A stretch of DNA of 61,176 bases, taken from assembly GCA_043822625.1 (NCBI GenBank), contig JBDRBQ010000072.1, forward strand, positions 1 to 61,176, read 5' to 3'. The stretch comes from Candidatus Omnitrophota bacterium. Its GTDB lineage: Bacteria > Omnitrophota > Gorgyraeia > DAOVKU01. Each line of letters starts with the position of its first letter. Position 1 is the first letter of the stretch. The position numbers and the translations under genes were made by a program. Below are positions 1 through 8,818 of this stretch, piece after piece. The notes beneath the pieces were generated by a model. The model worked only from the letters and a program-made list of their open reading frames with translations. It was not told the DNA's origin and searched no databases.

Positions 1-1
1 T

Positions 2-139
2 AATGAATTAGCTGCTTCTTACCTTAAATTGGAACCTTTTGGATTTATTATAGTTTTAGCTATGCTGTACTTTGGTCTTATAGACAAAGTAATACTGCCT
101 CTTGTTATTTTTATAGAAACGATATTATTGAAAATATGA
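2..139 (+). CDS. 3' end of a membrane protein, probably a site-2 (M50) protease; truncated by the window edge
   Basis: Open frame NELAASYLKLEPFGFIIVLAMLYFGLIDKVILPLVIFIETILLKI*; LEPFGFII plus a hydrophobic tail resembles YwhC-like M50 C-termini. Confidence 0.55.
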   Translation, partial: NELAASYLKLEPFGFIIVLAMLYFGLIDKVILPLVIFIETILLKI

Positions 140-156
140 TAACTTAGGATGAAAAT

Positions 157-1251
157 ATGAAAGAAATTATTCTAAATTTAAAGGATCGCGGTTATTCGAT
201 AGTAATAGCCGATTCATTTTTTTTCCTGTCCGGTTATTTAAAAAAGCTTGGAATGGGGAACTATGCCTGCGTTATAACTAACGCTAAAATCAAGCGTCTC
301 CTTGAGAAACAAATTGTTTCCTGTCTAAAGGAAGCGGATGTCGAAAGCCGGTTTTTGCTTGTTAAAGATTCCGAGGAAAGTAAGTCGCTGGAAATCGCGT
401 CGAATATAATAGAAAAAATTTTACAGGTAGATCAGAAAAAGAAAGTTTTCATAATTGCTTTGGGCGGCGGTGTAATAGGAGATTTGGCCGGCTTTACGGC
501 GGCTGTTTATAAAAGAGGGATACCCTTTATACAAATCCCCACAACCTTGCTTGCTCAGGTTGATTCTTCCATCGGAGGCAAAACAGCAGTTGATGTTAAA
601 CAAGCTAAAAATATAATAGGCGCTTTTTATCAGCCCAAACTTGTCTATAGCAATATAGCCGCGTTAAAGACACTTCCGCGAAAAGAAATTACCAGTGGAT
701 TAGCTGAAATTATCAAATACGCGATGATAAAAGATAAAGTTCTTTTTGGGTTATTGGAAAAAGAAATGGAAACGCTTTTAAACGGGGAAGAAAAAATTTT
801 AGAAGAAGTTATTGCCGTTTGTTCCCGTATTAAGGCGGATGTGGTGGCGGACGACGAATACGAAAAGAAAGGGAAGCGGACCATTTTAAATTTTGGACAT
901 ACTTTCGGACACGCTATTGAAGCGGCGGCGTCTTATTCTAAAAAATATAGTCATGGACAAGCAGTAGCAATCGGCATGCTCATGGCTTGTGACTTATCGG
1001 TTATGCTTGGTATATGTTCTGAAAAAATAACCGCGAAATTAGAGAGGCTTATTAAAATAGCTGGTTTGCCGGTAAGTGTTCAGGGTGTGAAATTAACCGA
1101 TGCAATAGCCGCGATGCGGCACGACAAAAAATTTATCAGCGGGAAAAACAGGTTTGTATTACCCGTGAGCATAGGTAAAGTCAAAGTAGTAGAAAATATA
1201 AGTGAAGAAAAAATAAAAGCGGCTTTCTCGGGTAGATTTAAGGATGTTTGA
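157..1251 (+). CDS. aroB: 3-dehydroquinate synthase
   Basis: ALGGGVIGDLAGF, PTTLLAQVDSSIGGKT, LNFGHTFGHAIE, HGQAVAIGM motifs. Confidence 0.97.
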   Translation: MKEIILNLKDRGYSIVIADSFFFLSGYLKKLGMGNYACVITNAKIKRLLEKQIVSCLKEADVESRFLLVKDSEESKSLEIASNIIEKILQVDQKKKVFIIALGGGVIGDLAGFTAAVYKRGIPFIQIPTTLLAQVDSSIGGKTAVDVKQAKNIIGAFYQPKLVYSNIAALKTLPRKEITSGLAEIIKYAMIKDKVLFGLLEKEMETLLNGEEKILEEVIAVCSRIKADVVADDEYEKKGKRTILNFGHTFGHAIEAAASYSKKYSHGQAVAIGMLMACDLSVMLGICSEKITAKLERLIKIAGLPVSVQGVKLTDAIAAMRHDKKFISGKNRFVLPVSIGKVKVVENISEEKIKAAFSGRFKDV

Positions 1252-1344
1252 GTGAATTTCTGTTTTCGCTACTCAAAGAACGCAGTTTATCGACGTAACT
1301 GATAAAGTTTTATCAGTCAACAAAATTAGCGGTGGGGTTTAAAA

Positions 1345-1803
1345 ATGGAAATAAGGCTTTTTAGAGAGACTGAACAGGAAAAGATAAAAAATTTTATCTG
1401 TTGGATTGTAGAAAAAGAAATTCTTTCTGTAAATAATCAAATTCACTGTGACCTGGATGACTTGAAAAAAATTTATAGACAACCTCGATGCGCGTTGTTG
1501 GTAGCGGAAGAAAATAGCCAGTTGATAGGTACAGTAGCTGTAAAAGAAGAAAGCGAAGACACTGCTTTAATCCGCCGGCTTTTCGTCCATCCCGCCTACC
1601 GGCGCAGAGGATATGGATTTGTTTTGCTTCACAGGGCTATAGATTTTTGCCATTTAAATAATTATAAAAAAGCAGTTTTTCATGCCTCAACAGATATGTC
1701 CCATGCCATTTCTCTTTGTTTAAAATACGGATTTAGGGAAGATGGTCAGTTTGAAAATATTGAAAATTTAAAAATCGCAAGTCTTTATTATGAAGTCACT
1801 TAA
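1345..1803 (+). CDS. GNAT family N-acetyltransferase
   Basis: RRLFVHPAYRRRGYG acetyl-CoA motif A; 152 aa. Confidence 0.85.
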   Translation: MEIRLFRETEQEKIKNFICWIVEKEILSVNNQIHCDLDDLKKIYRQPRCALLVAEENSQLIGTVAVKEESEDTALIRRLFVHPAYRRRGYGFVLLHRAIDFCHLNNYKKAVFHASTDMSHAISLCLKYGFREDGQFENIENLKIASLYYEVT

Positions 1804-2259
1804 GAATAAAGCAGTTAGTACTGAAGCTATTCAGGAGATAGATAGAAAGGCGATAGAAGATTTTAAGCTTCCAAGATTGGTATTAATGGAAAATGCAGGG
1901 AGGCGGGTCGCTGAAAACGTTTTTGCGTCTTTTAAGCCGAAAAGAGTGGTTTTTGAAAAAATGATTTAATTATTGACGCTATGATAGGAATTGGGTTAAA
2001 ATCTGACATAGAAGGTTTTTTGAAAGAAGTTATAATGGAAATAAATAATAAAAAGCTTAGAGTGGTTTCTGTGGATATTCCAAGCGGTTTATCGGCGCAA
2101 ACCGGTGATACACGTGGCGCTTCTATTAAGGCGAGCATGACGGTTACTTTTACTTTTCCAAAGACAGGGATGTACTTATCGCAGGGTCCCGAACATTGCG
2201 GTAAAATAGTGGCGGCTGATATAGGCATACCACAACGCATAATAAAGGAAGTGATATAG
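1790..2259 (+). pseudogene. nnrE: NAD(P)H-hydrate epimerase (YjeF N-terminal domain), split by an internal deletion and frameshift
   Basis: Frame 1 (1790-1969) MKSLKNKAVSTEAIQEIDRKAIEDFKLPRLVLMENAGRRVAE...KRVVF; frame 2 (from ~1957) DLIIDAMIGIG...VSVDIPSG...TVTF...ADIGIP; the GxGNNGGDG segment between them is absent. Confidence 0.8.
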
Positions 2260-3023
2260 TGTTTTTCGGAAATAAAAAAGAAAAGGACATTAATGTGTTT
2301 ACGGAAAGCGGAATCCAACAGAAATTGTATGGTTATTTGCGCAAAGACAAAAAAGCTGAAGAGAAAAAGATTTTAAGAGAGCAGAAAGACATAACCCCCG
2401 TGCTTCAGACGCAAGAAGACCGGAAAGTGCTGAATCGGGAGATGCCGAACAAGGAAGAAAAGACGGAGAAAGAAGTAGCTTTGCCAAAAAAAGAAGTTCA
2501 AAGTTATGCTGATATTTCCGCGAAATTAGCTAAATCGGAAAAATTACCCAAGAAGGATGAAAATATACATTTAAAGAATAATCATTATTCTTCTCCGCCG
2601 ACGATAAGAATTCCAAAAACTGTTTTAATTTTAATTTTATGTATAATTTTTGGAGTAGTTATTTTGAATTTTAAAAACAAAAAAGATAAACCCGTGATTT
2701 CCAAAGTTGTTGAGCAACCGGTTGCGGCGGTATCATCGGTTGTGGTATCGGATTTTGTCGAGCAATCGAAGACGCCGGATTTACCTAAGACGTTTTATGC
2801 TATACAAGTATGCGTATACGAGAAAGAAAAAGATGCTCAAAAGTTAGTTGATGAATTGAAGCAAAAAAAATTCAACGCGTACATTTACACCGACAATGCT
2901 AAAGCAAAAACAAAATATCGTGTCTATGTAGATAAGGTTTCTTCGAAAAAAACCGCTTTGGAAACGTTGGGGGCTTTATCCGATGTGTTTAAAGATAGTT
3001 TTGTGCGGGTTATAAATGAATAG
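2259..3023 (+). CDS. Single-pass membrane protein with C-terminal SPOR (peptidoglycan-binding) domain
   Basis: Charged N-terminus, TM segment VLILILCIIFGVVIL, C-terminal YAIQVCVYEKEKDAQKLVDELKQK...YRVYV...DSFV pattern. Confidence 0.8.
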   Translation: MFFGNKKEKDINVFTESGIQQKLYGYLRKDKKAEEKKILREQKDITPVLQTQEDRKVLNREMPNKEEKTEKEVALPKKEVQSYADISAKLAKSEKLPKKDENIHLKNNHYSSPPTIRIPKTVLILILCIIFGVVILNFKNKKDKPVISKVVEQPVAAVSSVVVSDFVEQSKTPDLPKTFYAIQVCVYEKEKDAQKLVDELKQKKFNAYIYTDNAKAKTKYRVYVDKVSSKKTALETLGALSDVFKDSFVRVINE

Positions 3024-3044
3024 AGTAAATGGGAGGTTCGGGAA

Positions 3045-3272
3045 ATGGCTTCGGCTTATTTGAAAATAGTTATTGAACCGGGCAGGGAAGAAGTTGTCAA
3101 AGCCGCTCTTTCTAAAATGCCACAAGTGACAAGCGTGGATTTAACCAGCGGTGAGCAGGATCTTATTTGTTTACTGGAGGGAGAATCTTACGAAGAAATT
3201 TTGAATATAGTAGTTAAGAAAATAAGGCTTATCGAAGGGGTTTCTAATACGATTACCGATCTGGTAGTTTAA
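3045..3272 (+). CDS. Stand-alone Lrp/AsnC ligand-binding domain protein
   Basis: 75 aa AYLKIVIEPGREEVV...TSGEQDLI...IRLIEGVSNTIT; SD GGAGG upstream; no HTH. Confidence 0.8.
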   Translation: MASAYLKIVIEPGREEVVKAALSKMPQVTSVDLTSGEQDLICLLEGESYEEILNIVVKKIRLIEGVSNTITDLVV

Positions 3273-3408
3273 TGAGTTGCCACTAATTCGTTTTGCGTTC
3301 GCAAAGCGAATCAAAACGATGGGAGCGAATTATCCGCCTGAAATGTTTTCTCAGGAAACAATGTGGATGGGGTTCATGCCGTTGATTTTATAAAAATTAA
3401 ATTTTTAC

Positions 3409-3437
3409 TTGACATGAAAAACCGGATGTGTTAGTAT
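3409..3437 (+). promoter_or_regulatory. sigma70 promoter of rplM-rpsI
   Basis: TTGACA (3409-3414), 17 bp spacer, TAGTAT (3432-3437) preceded by TG. Confidence 0.65.
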
Positions 3438-3486
3438 TTCATATATTTTGGATAAACTAAAGGACTATAATTTTTAAGGTAAAAAG

Positions 3487-3918
3487 ATGAAAACATTTCA
3501 ACCAAAAGAAAAAAGTATTGAGAAAAAGTGGCATGTTATAGATGCTAAGGGTAAAATTTTAGGTAAGGTAGCCGTAGAAGCAGCTAAAATCTTAAGAGGT
3601 AAGTATAAAGTTGAATTTACACCTCATCTTGACTGCGGGGACTGCGTAGTAATTATAAATGCTAAAGATATTGTTGTAACCGGTAAAAAAATGAAACAGA
3701 AAGAATATAAGGCTTATTCCGGTTATCCCGGAGGACTTAAAATAAGATCATTAGAAACCATGATGAAATTGGACTCTACTAAAGTACTAAGCCATGCCGT
3801 TAAAGGTATGCTGCCTAAAAATACACTTGGTAGAAAAATTTTTGGCAAATTAAGAGTATATGCCGGTGAACGGCATTCGCAAAGCGCTCAGAAACCACAA
3901 GCATTCGATTTAAATTAG
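3487..3918 (+). CDS. rplM: 50S ribosomal protein L13
   Basis: WHVIDA...FTPHLDCGD...YSGYPGGLK...KGMLPKN. Confidence 0.99.
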   Translation: MKTFQPKEKSIEKKWHVIDAKGKILGKVAVEAAKILRGKYKVEFTPHLDCGDCVVIINAKDIVVTGKKMKQKEYKAYSGYPGGLKIRSLETMMKLDSTKVLSHAVKGMLPKNTLGRKIFGKLRVYAGERHSQSAQKPQAFDLN

Positions 3919-3941
3919 CTTGTTTTGAAGGAGGAACTTAA

Positions 3942-4364
3942 GTGTCTGATAAATCAGCAGATACCAAAATAACGCAAAAGGCAAAAAAGTTAATTACCGG
4001 AAGAAGAAAAGAAGCTGTTGCCAGAGTAAAGCTTATATCCGGTGAAGGGAAAATTACAATTAATAAGAGGCTTTTTGAGGAATATTTTCCCATAGAAGGA
4101 CTTCGGTTAAAAATTCTTCAGCCCTTAACATTGGCCGGTGTTTTGAATAAATATAACGTAATAGCACAGGTAGACGGCGGCGGTATTGCCGGTCAGTCCG
4201 GTGCTTTATGTCATGGGATAGCCCGCGCTCTTATTATAGAAGATGAGAAATTAAGGCCTGTTTTGAAAAAAGCCGGATTTTTGTGCCGTGATGCACGACG
4301 AAAAGAACGTAAGAAGTACGGACAGAAGGGGGCAAGAAAGCAATTTCAGTTTTCTAAACGTTAA
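3942..4364 (+). CDS. rpsI: 30S ribosomal protein S9
   Basis: [40 protein letters not shown]; GTG start with SD GGAGG. Confidence 0.99.
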   Translation: MSDKSADTKITQKAKKLITGRRKEAVARVKLISGEGKITINKRLFEEYFPIEGLRLKILQPLTLAGVLNKYNVIAQVDGGGIAGQSGALCHGIARALIIEDEKLRPVLKKAGFLCRDARRKERKKYGQKGARKQFQFSKR

Positions 4365-4406
4365 AAAAATATATTGCTATATTATTTCACATAACTTATT
4401 TATTTT

Positions 4407-4463
4407 AAAAGACCTATGTCTGTCATTGTAAAAAAGAATACTTGACGACATAGGTTTTTTATT
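4407..4463 (+). terminator. Probable intrinsic terminator after rpsI
   Basis: ACCTATGTC (4412-4420) pairs with GACATAGGT (4447-4455), followed by a T tract. Confidence 0.55.
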
Positions 4464-4470
4464 TTATAAT
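4442..4470 (+). promoter_or_regulatory. sigma70 promoter for the arg-lys cluster
   Basis: TTGACG (4442-4447), 17 bp spacer, TATAAT (4465-4470). Confidence 0.7.
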
Positions 4471-4529
4471 TTCTATATGTTTTTTAGTGGATTTCAATGG
4501 GGATTTATTATAAAGTTAAGGAGAATGAA

Positions 4530-5552
4530 ATGTTTAAAATAGGTATAATTGGAGCAACCGGTTATACGGGTCAGGAATTGATAGAAATATTATGCGAACA
4601 TCCTGTTGTAAGAATCAATTATTTATCTGCTAAGGTTGAAGAGAAACAGAGTATTTCTAAAATATTTTCTTCATTGATAGGCAAAATCGATTTATTGTGT
4701 GGTGAACTGAATATGGATGAAGCGCTAAAAGCAGCGGACATTTTTTTCTTAGCGGTTCCACATACGGTCGCGATGGAAATCGCGCCGAAGTTGTTAAAGG
4801 AAAATAAAAAAGTCATAGATTTGAGTGCTGATTTCAGGTTAAAAAACGTCAAGGTTTACCAAAAATGGTATGAGAAAAAACATAAAGCGCCTCAGCTTTT
4901 GGCTCAGGCTGTATATGGTTTGCCTGAGCTTTACAGAGATAAAATAAAAAAAGCTCAGTTAATAGCTAATCCGGGTTGTTATCCGACATCTGTTATTCTG
5001 GGTTTAGCTCCGCTTCTTGAAGGTAATTATGTGAATCATGAGAATATAATTATAGATGCAAAAACCGGTATAACCGGAGCCGGAAGAAAAGCGGCGTTAC
5101 CCTTAATTTTTAGCGAAGTAAATGAAAATATAAGGGCCTATAAGATTAATGAACATCAGCATATGTGTGAAATTGAACAGGAACTATCAAGGTTGTCTAA
5201 GAAAAAAGCCAGTATAACATTCGTGCCTCACGTAGTACCTCTTAACAGGGGTATTATGTCTACTATGTATGTTAAGTTCAAGAAAGATGTGACTCCAATG
5301 AGGTTGATTGAATTATATAAAAATTTCTATCGCAACGAACCTTTTATCAGGATTCTGGATTACGCGAGAGTGCCTGAAATAAAGGATGTCTGCAGAACTA
5401 ATTATTGTAGTATAGGTATGAAGCTCGATGAAACTCATAAATCCGCGGTTATCGTTTCAGTTATAGATAATCTCGGTAAGGGCGCGGCGCATCAGGCCAT
5501 ACAGAACATGAATATAATGTGCGGTTATGTTGAAACGCTGGGATTGAAATAA
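4530..5552 (+). CDS. argC: N-acetyl-gamma-glutamyl-phosphate reductase
   Basis: GIIGATGYTG, DLSADFRL, IANPGCYPT, DNLGKGAA; start moved to 4530 (SD AAGGAG). Confidence 0.97.
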   Translation: MFKIGIIGATGYTGQELIEILCEHPVVRINYLSAKVEEKQSISKIFSSLIGKIDLLCGELNMDEALKAADIFFLAVPHTVAMEIAPKLLKENKKVIDLSADFRLKNVKVYQKWYEKKHKAPQLLAQAVYGLPELYRDKIKKAQLIANPGCYPTSVILGLAPLLEGNYVNHENIIIDAKTGITGAGRKAALPLIFSEVNENIRAYKINEHQHMCEIEQELSRLSKKKASITFVPHVVPLNRGIMSTMYVKFKKDVTPMRLIELYKNFYRNEPFIRILDYARVPEIKDVCRTNYCSIGMKLDETHKSAVIVSVIDNLGKGAAHQAIQNMNIMCGYVETLGLK

Positions 5553-6754
5553 TGAAAGAAATAACTTCTTCCATAACCGCGGCAAAGGGTTTCAAGGCTT
5601 TAGGCCTTCATTGCGGTATAAAAAAGAAAAAAAAAGATCTGGGCGTTATTTATTCCGAATCCCCTGCTAAATGTGAAGCTTTTTTTACCACAAATGCCTT
5701 AATCTCTGCCCATATACAAATCGATAAACAATATTTAAAGAAAAGTTCGCATATAAGAGCAATTATAGTAAACAGCGGTAATGCCAATTGCTGTACAGGA
5801 GAAAATGGTTTAAATGATTGTTTATCAATGGCTGGGGAAACGGCAAAAGTTTTTGGGATACGGCAAGAAGAGGTTTTAGCGGCTTCTACCGGTGTCATTG
5901 GACGTAGAATGCCGATAGAAAAAATTCGGAAAGCGATATTGAAATTCCCATCTTTGATAGATGAAAAAGGCGCGCATGATTTTGCTCATAGCATATTAAC
6001 AACCGATATAGTGACTAAAGAAGTCGCGGTAGCAATCGAAATTTCAGGCAAAGAAGTCAGAATAGGAGGAGCCTCCAAGGGAGCGGGGATGGTTAATCCT
6101 AATATGGCTACTACATTGATGTTTATAACTACGGATGTTGCTATCGATAAAAAAGCTCTAAAAAAAGCCGCTAAAACAGCGCTGGATAATTCTCTTAATG
6201 TTATAACTATTGATGGAGACATGAGTCCTAATGATTCTTTATTTATCATGGCCAACGGCGAAGCAAAAAATAAAGTTATTGTTGCCAACGGGCCGGATTT
6301 TGAAAAATTTAGTGAAGCTTTGAGTTATGTATGTAATAAGCTGGCGAAGTTGTTGGTGAAAGACGCCGAAGGAGCGGGAAAGTTTGTTAGTATCAAAGTA
6401 AAAAAAGCATCTACAAAAAAACAGGCTCAGATCATTGCTTGCGGTATCGCGAATTCGCTTTTATTTAAAACTATGATTCATGGAGGCGACCCTAACTGGG
6501 GCAGGGTAGTTTCTGCCGCGGGTAGCGCGGATAAAAAAGTAAACATAAATAAACTCGATATTTATTTTGGGAAAAATAAAGTTTTTGGTAACGGGGAACC
6601 GGTAAAAATAGATTTAGAAATTTTAAGAAAAACGCTTATTCAGGACGAAATAGAAATTGTTTTAGATCTGAAATCGGGAGAACATGAAGCGTTAAAATAC
6701 ACATGTGATTTATCGGCGGAATACGTCAGGATAAATTCAAAATACACTACTTAA
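5552..6754 (+). CDS. argJ: Ornithine acetyltransferase / N-acetylglutamate synthase
   Basis: NSGNANCCTG, STGVIG, KGAGMVNPNMATTL, DAEGA, DPNWGR, YVRINSKY. Confidence 0.97.
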   Translation: MKEITSSITAAKGFKALGLHCGIKKKKKDLGVIYSESPAKCEAFFTTNALISAHIQIDKQYLKKSSHIRAIIVNSGNANCCTGENGLNDCLSMAGETAKVFGIRQEEVLAASTGVIGRRMPIEKIRKAILKFPSLIDEKGAHDFAHSILTTDIVTKEVAVAIEISGKEVRIGGASKGAGMVNPNMATTLMFITTDVAIDKKALKKAAKTALDNSLNVITIDGDMSPNDSLFIMANGEAKNKVIVANGPDFEKFSEALSYVCNKLAKLLVKDAEGAGKFVSIKVKKASTKKQAQIIACGIANSLLFKTMIHGGDPNWGRVVSAAGSADKKVNINKLDIYFGKNKVFGNGEPVKIDLEILRKTLIQDEIEIVLDLKSGEHEALKYTCDLSAEYVRINSKYTT

Positions 6755-6758
6755 AAAT

Positions 6759-7637
6759 ATGGAAAATATCATAAAAAAAGCGGATGTTTTGATAGAGGCT
6801 CTACCGTACATACAAAGTTTTTACGGCAAAACAGTAGTTATAAAATACGGCGGCGCGGCTATGGTTAATGAAGAAATCAGAAAAGGTACTTTGCAAGACA
6901 TAGTTTTTATGAACTTTGTCGGTATGCATCCGGTTATCGTTCATGGCGGAGGGCCGCTGATAAGCAAAAAAATGAACGAAAGAGGTAAAAAACCTGAGTT
7001 TATAAAGGGCATGAGAGTTACCGATGAGGAAACCGTAAAAATCGTAGAAGAAACCCTTTCCGAAGTAAATAATGAATTGATTCGTGAAATAAATTCTTTA
7101 GGTTCTCAAGCAAAAGGCATGGGCGGAAAGAAGCGCAATGTTTTTAAGACTAAAAAGAAAAAAGCCGAAGTCGACATAGGAAGAGTGGGAGTTATTACCG
7201 GAGTGGACACTGCGCCGATAAGAGAACTGTTAGAAAAAAAGATCATTCCTGTTATCATGCCGCTTTCGGTTAATGATGAGGGAGAAATGTACAATATAAA
7301 CGCCGATGAAGCAGCTTCCGCTCTTGCCGAGGCGCTGGGGGCGGAAAAATTAGTACTGATTACCGACGTGAAAGGAATTTTGCTTGATAAAGACGATGAG
7401 CTTTCTTTAATCCATACTTTAAACATTGGCGAGGTAGAAAAATTAATCGACAGAAATGTTATTCAGCAGGGGATGATACCGAAAGTCAAAGCGTGCGTAA
7501 AAGCGCTGGATTCAGGCGTAGTGAAAACACATATAATCGACGGCAGAATAACGCATTCTGTATTGTTGGAAATTTTTACGAATGAAGGAATTGGAACAGA
7601 AATAGTTAAACTTGTTAAAGGGAAAATATCAAAATGA
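6759..7637 (+). CDS. argB: Acetylglutamate kinase
   Basis: EALPYI, VIKYGG, VHGGG, NINADE, GMIPKV. Confidence 0.97.
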   Translation: MENIIKKADVLIEALPYIQSFYGKTVVIKYGGAAMVNEEIRKGTLQDIVFMNFVGMHPVIVHGGGPLISKKMNERGKKPEFIKGMRVTDEETVKIVEETLSEVNNELIREINSLGSQAKGMGGKKRNVFKTKKKKAEVDIGRVGVITGVDTAPIRELLEKKIIPVIMPLSVNDEGEMYNINADEAASALAEALGAEKLVLITDVKGILLDKDDELSLIHTLNIGEVEKLIDRNVIQQGMIPKVKACVKALDSGVVKTHIIDGRITHSVLLEIFTNEGIGTEIVKLVKGKISK

Positions 7638-8818
7638 AAACCGAAGACGTAATAAATTTATATAAGCAATACGTAATGGAAACTTACGGAAGAATTCCGC
7701 TTGTTCCCGTCAAAGGCAAAGGAATGCTTTTAAAGGATTTACACCAGAGGGAATTTCTGGATTTTTTTCCAGGCTGGGCGGTAAGCGGACTTGGGCATTG
7801 TCACCCTAAAGTGGTAAACGCGGTAAAAAATCAGGTAACCAAAATAATTCATATACCAAATAATTATTACATTCTACAGCAGGCAAAGCTGGCTAAAGAA
7901 ATAATAGATAATTCTTTTCCCGGAAAAGTATTTTTCTGCAACAGCGGAGCCGAGGCTGTCGAAGGGGCTATTAAATTGGCCAGGGCGTTTGGAGACGGAG
8001 AAAGATTTGAAATAATCAGTATGGAAAAATCTTTTCACGGCCGGACACTGGCGGCGTTGGCTTTGACCGGGCAGAAAAAATATCAGGAAGGGTTCGAACC
8101 CATGCCCGAAGGTTTTAAGTGTGTGCCGTTTGCTGATGTGGAAGCATTGAAAAAAGCTATTACTACAAAAACCTGCGCGATATTTATCGAACCTGTTCAG
8201 GGTGAAGGAGGAATAAACGTTGCTCCCAAAGAATATCTTGAAGCTGTTAGAAAACTTTGTAATGAGAAAAATATACTGCTTGTTTTTGATGAAATTCAAA
8301 CCGGAATGGGTAGGACCGGAAAAATATTCGCTTATCAGCATTTTGGAATAACGCCGGACGCTTTTGTGCTGGCGAAGAGTCTCGGCGGAGGGATACCTAT
8401 AGGCGCGTTGGTGGCGGCGGAAAAAATAGCCGGTATACTTAAACCCGGTATGCACGCTTCGACCTTTGGTGGAAGTCCTATTGCCTGTGTGGCAGGACTC
8501 GCGGTTTTTAAAGCTATCAAAGAAGAAAACCTCCTTCAAAACGTGAAAGAAATGGGAGATTATCTGAGGGGAAAATTAGCCGAATTAAAACAAAAATACG
8601 CTTTTATAGAAGAAATAAAAGGGCTTGGTGTGATGCTTGGAATAAAGCTCAGCACGGAAGGCAAGAAAATCGTTGACCTTTGTTTTGAAAGAGGTCTTTT
8701 GATAAACTGCACTCAGGGCAATATATTAAGAATTATGCCGGCTTTAGGTGTTAAGAAAAAAGAAATAGACAGGATGATTAAAATTTTAGATAAGGTATTG
8801 ACCGATGTTGAAAAGTAA
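7634..8818 (+). CDS. argD: Acetylornithine aminotransferase
   Basis: Class III PLP motifs NSGAEAVE, SFHGRT, EPVQGEGG, DEIQTGMGRTG, LAKSLGGG; operon context. Confidence 0.95.
   Translation: MKTEDVINLYKQYVMETYGRIPLVPVKGKGMLLKDLHQREFLDFFPGWAVSGLGHCHPKVVNAVKNQVTKIIHIPNNYYILQQAKLAKEIIDNSFPGKVFFCNSGAEAVEGAIKLARAFGDGERFEIISMEKSFHGRTLAALALTGQKKYQEGFEPMPEGFKCVPFADVEALKKAITTKTCAIFIEPVQGEGGINVAPKEYLEAVRKLCNEKNILLVFDEIQTGMGRTGKIFAYQHFGITPDAFVLAKSLGGGIPIGALVAAEKIAGILKPGMHASTFGGSPIACVAGLAVFKAIKEENLLQNVKEMGDYLRGKLAELKQKYAFIEEIKGLGVMLGIKLSTEGKKIVDLCFERGLLINCTQGNILRIMPALGVKKKEIDRMIKILDKVLTDVEK

Noticed and set aside
1940-1975. Programmed frameshift restoring nnrE
   Set aside because: A shift could join the frames, but the product would still lack the GxGNNGGDG core
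4372-4392. ARG-box-like TGCTATATTATTTCA
   Set aside because: Wrong spacing relative to TGAATAATTATTCA, single copy, AT-rich background
4416-4445. Possible leader peptide MSVIVKKNT for arg attenuation
   Set aside because: No Arg codons, no SD, and it lies upstream of the apparent promoter
7874-8539. 221-aa minus-strand ORF
   Set aside because: Entirely antisense to argD, Phe/Ser-rich with no motifs; a shadow ORF like the many other short antisense ORFs in the track
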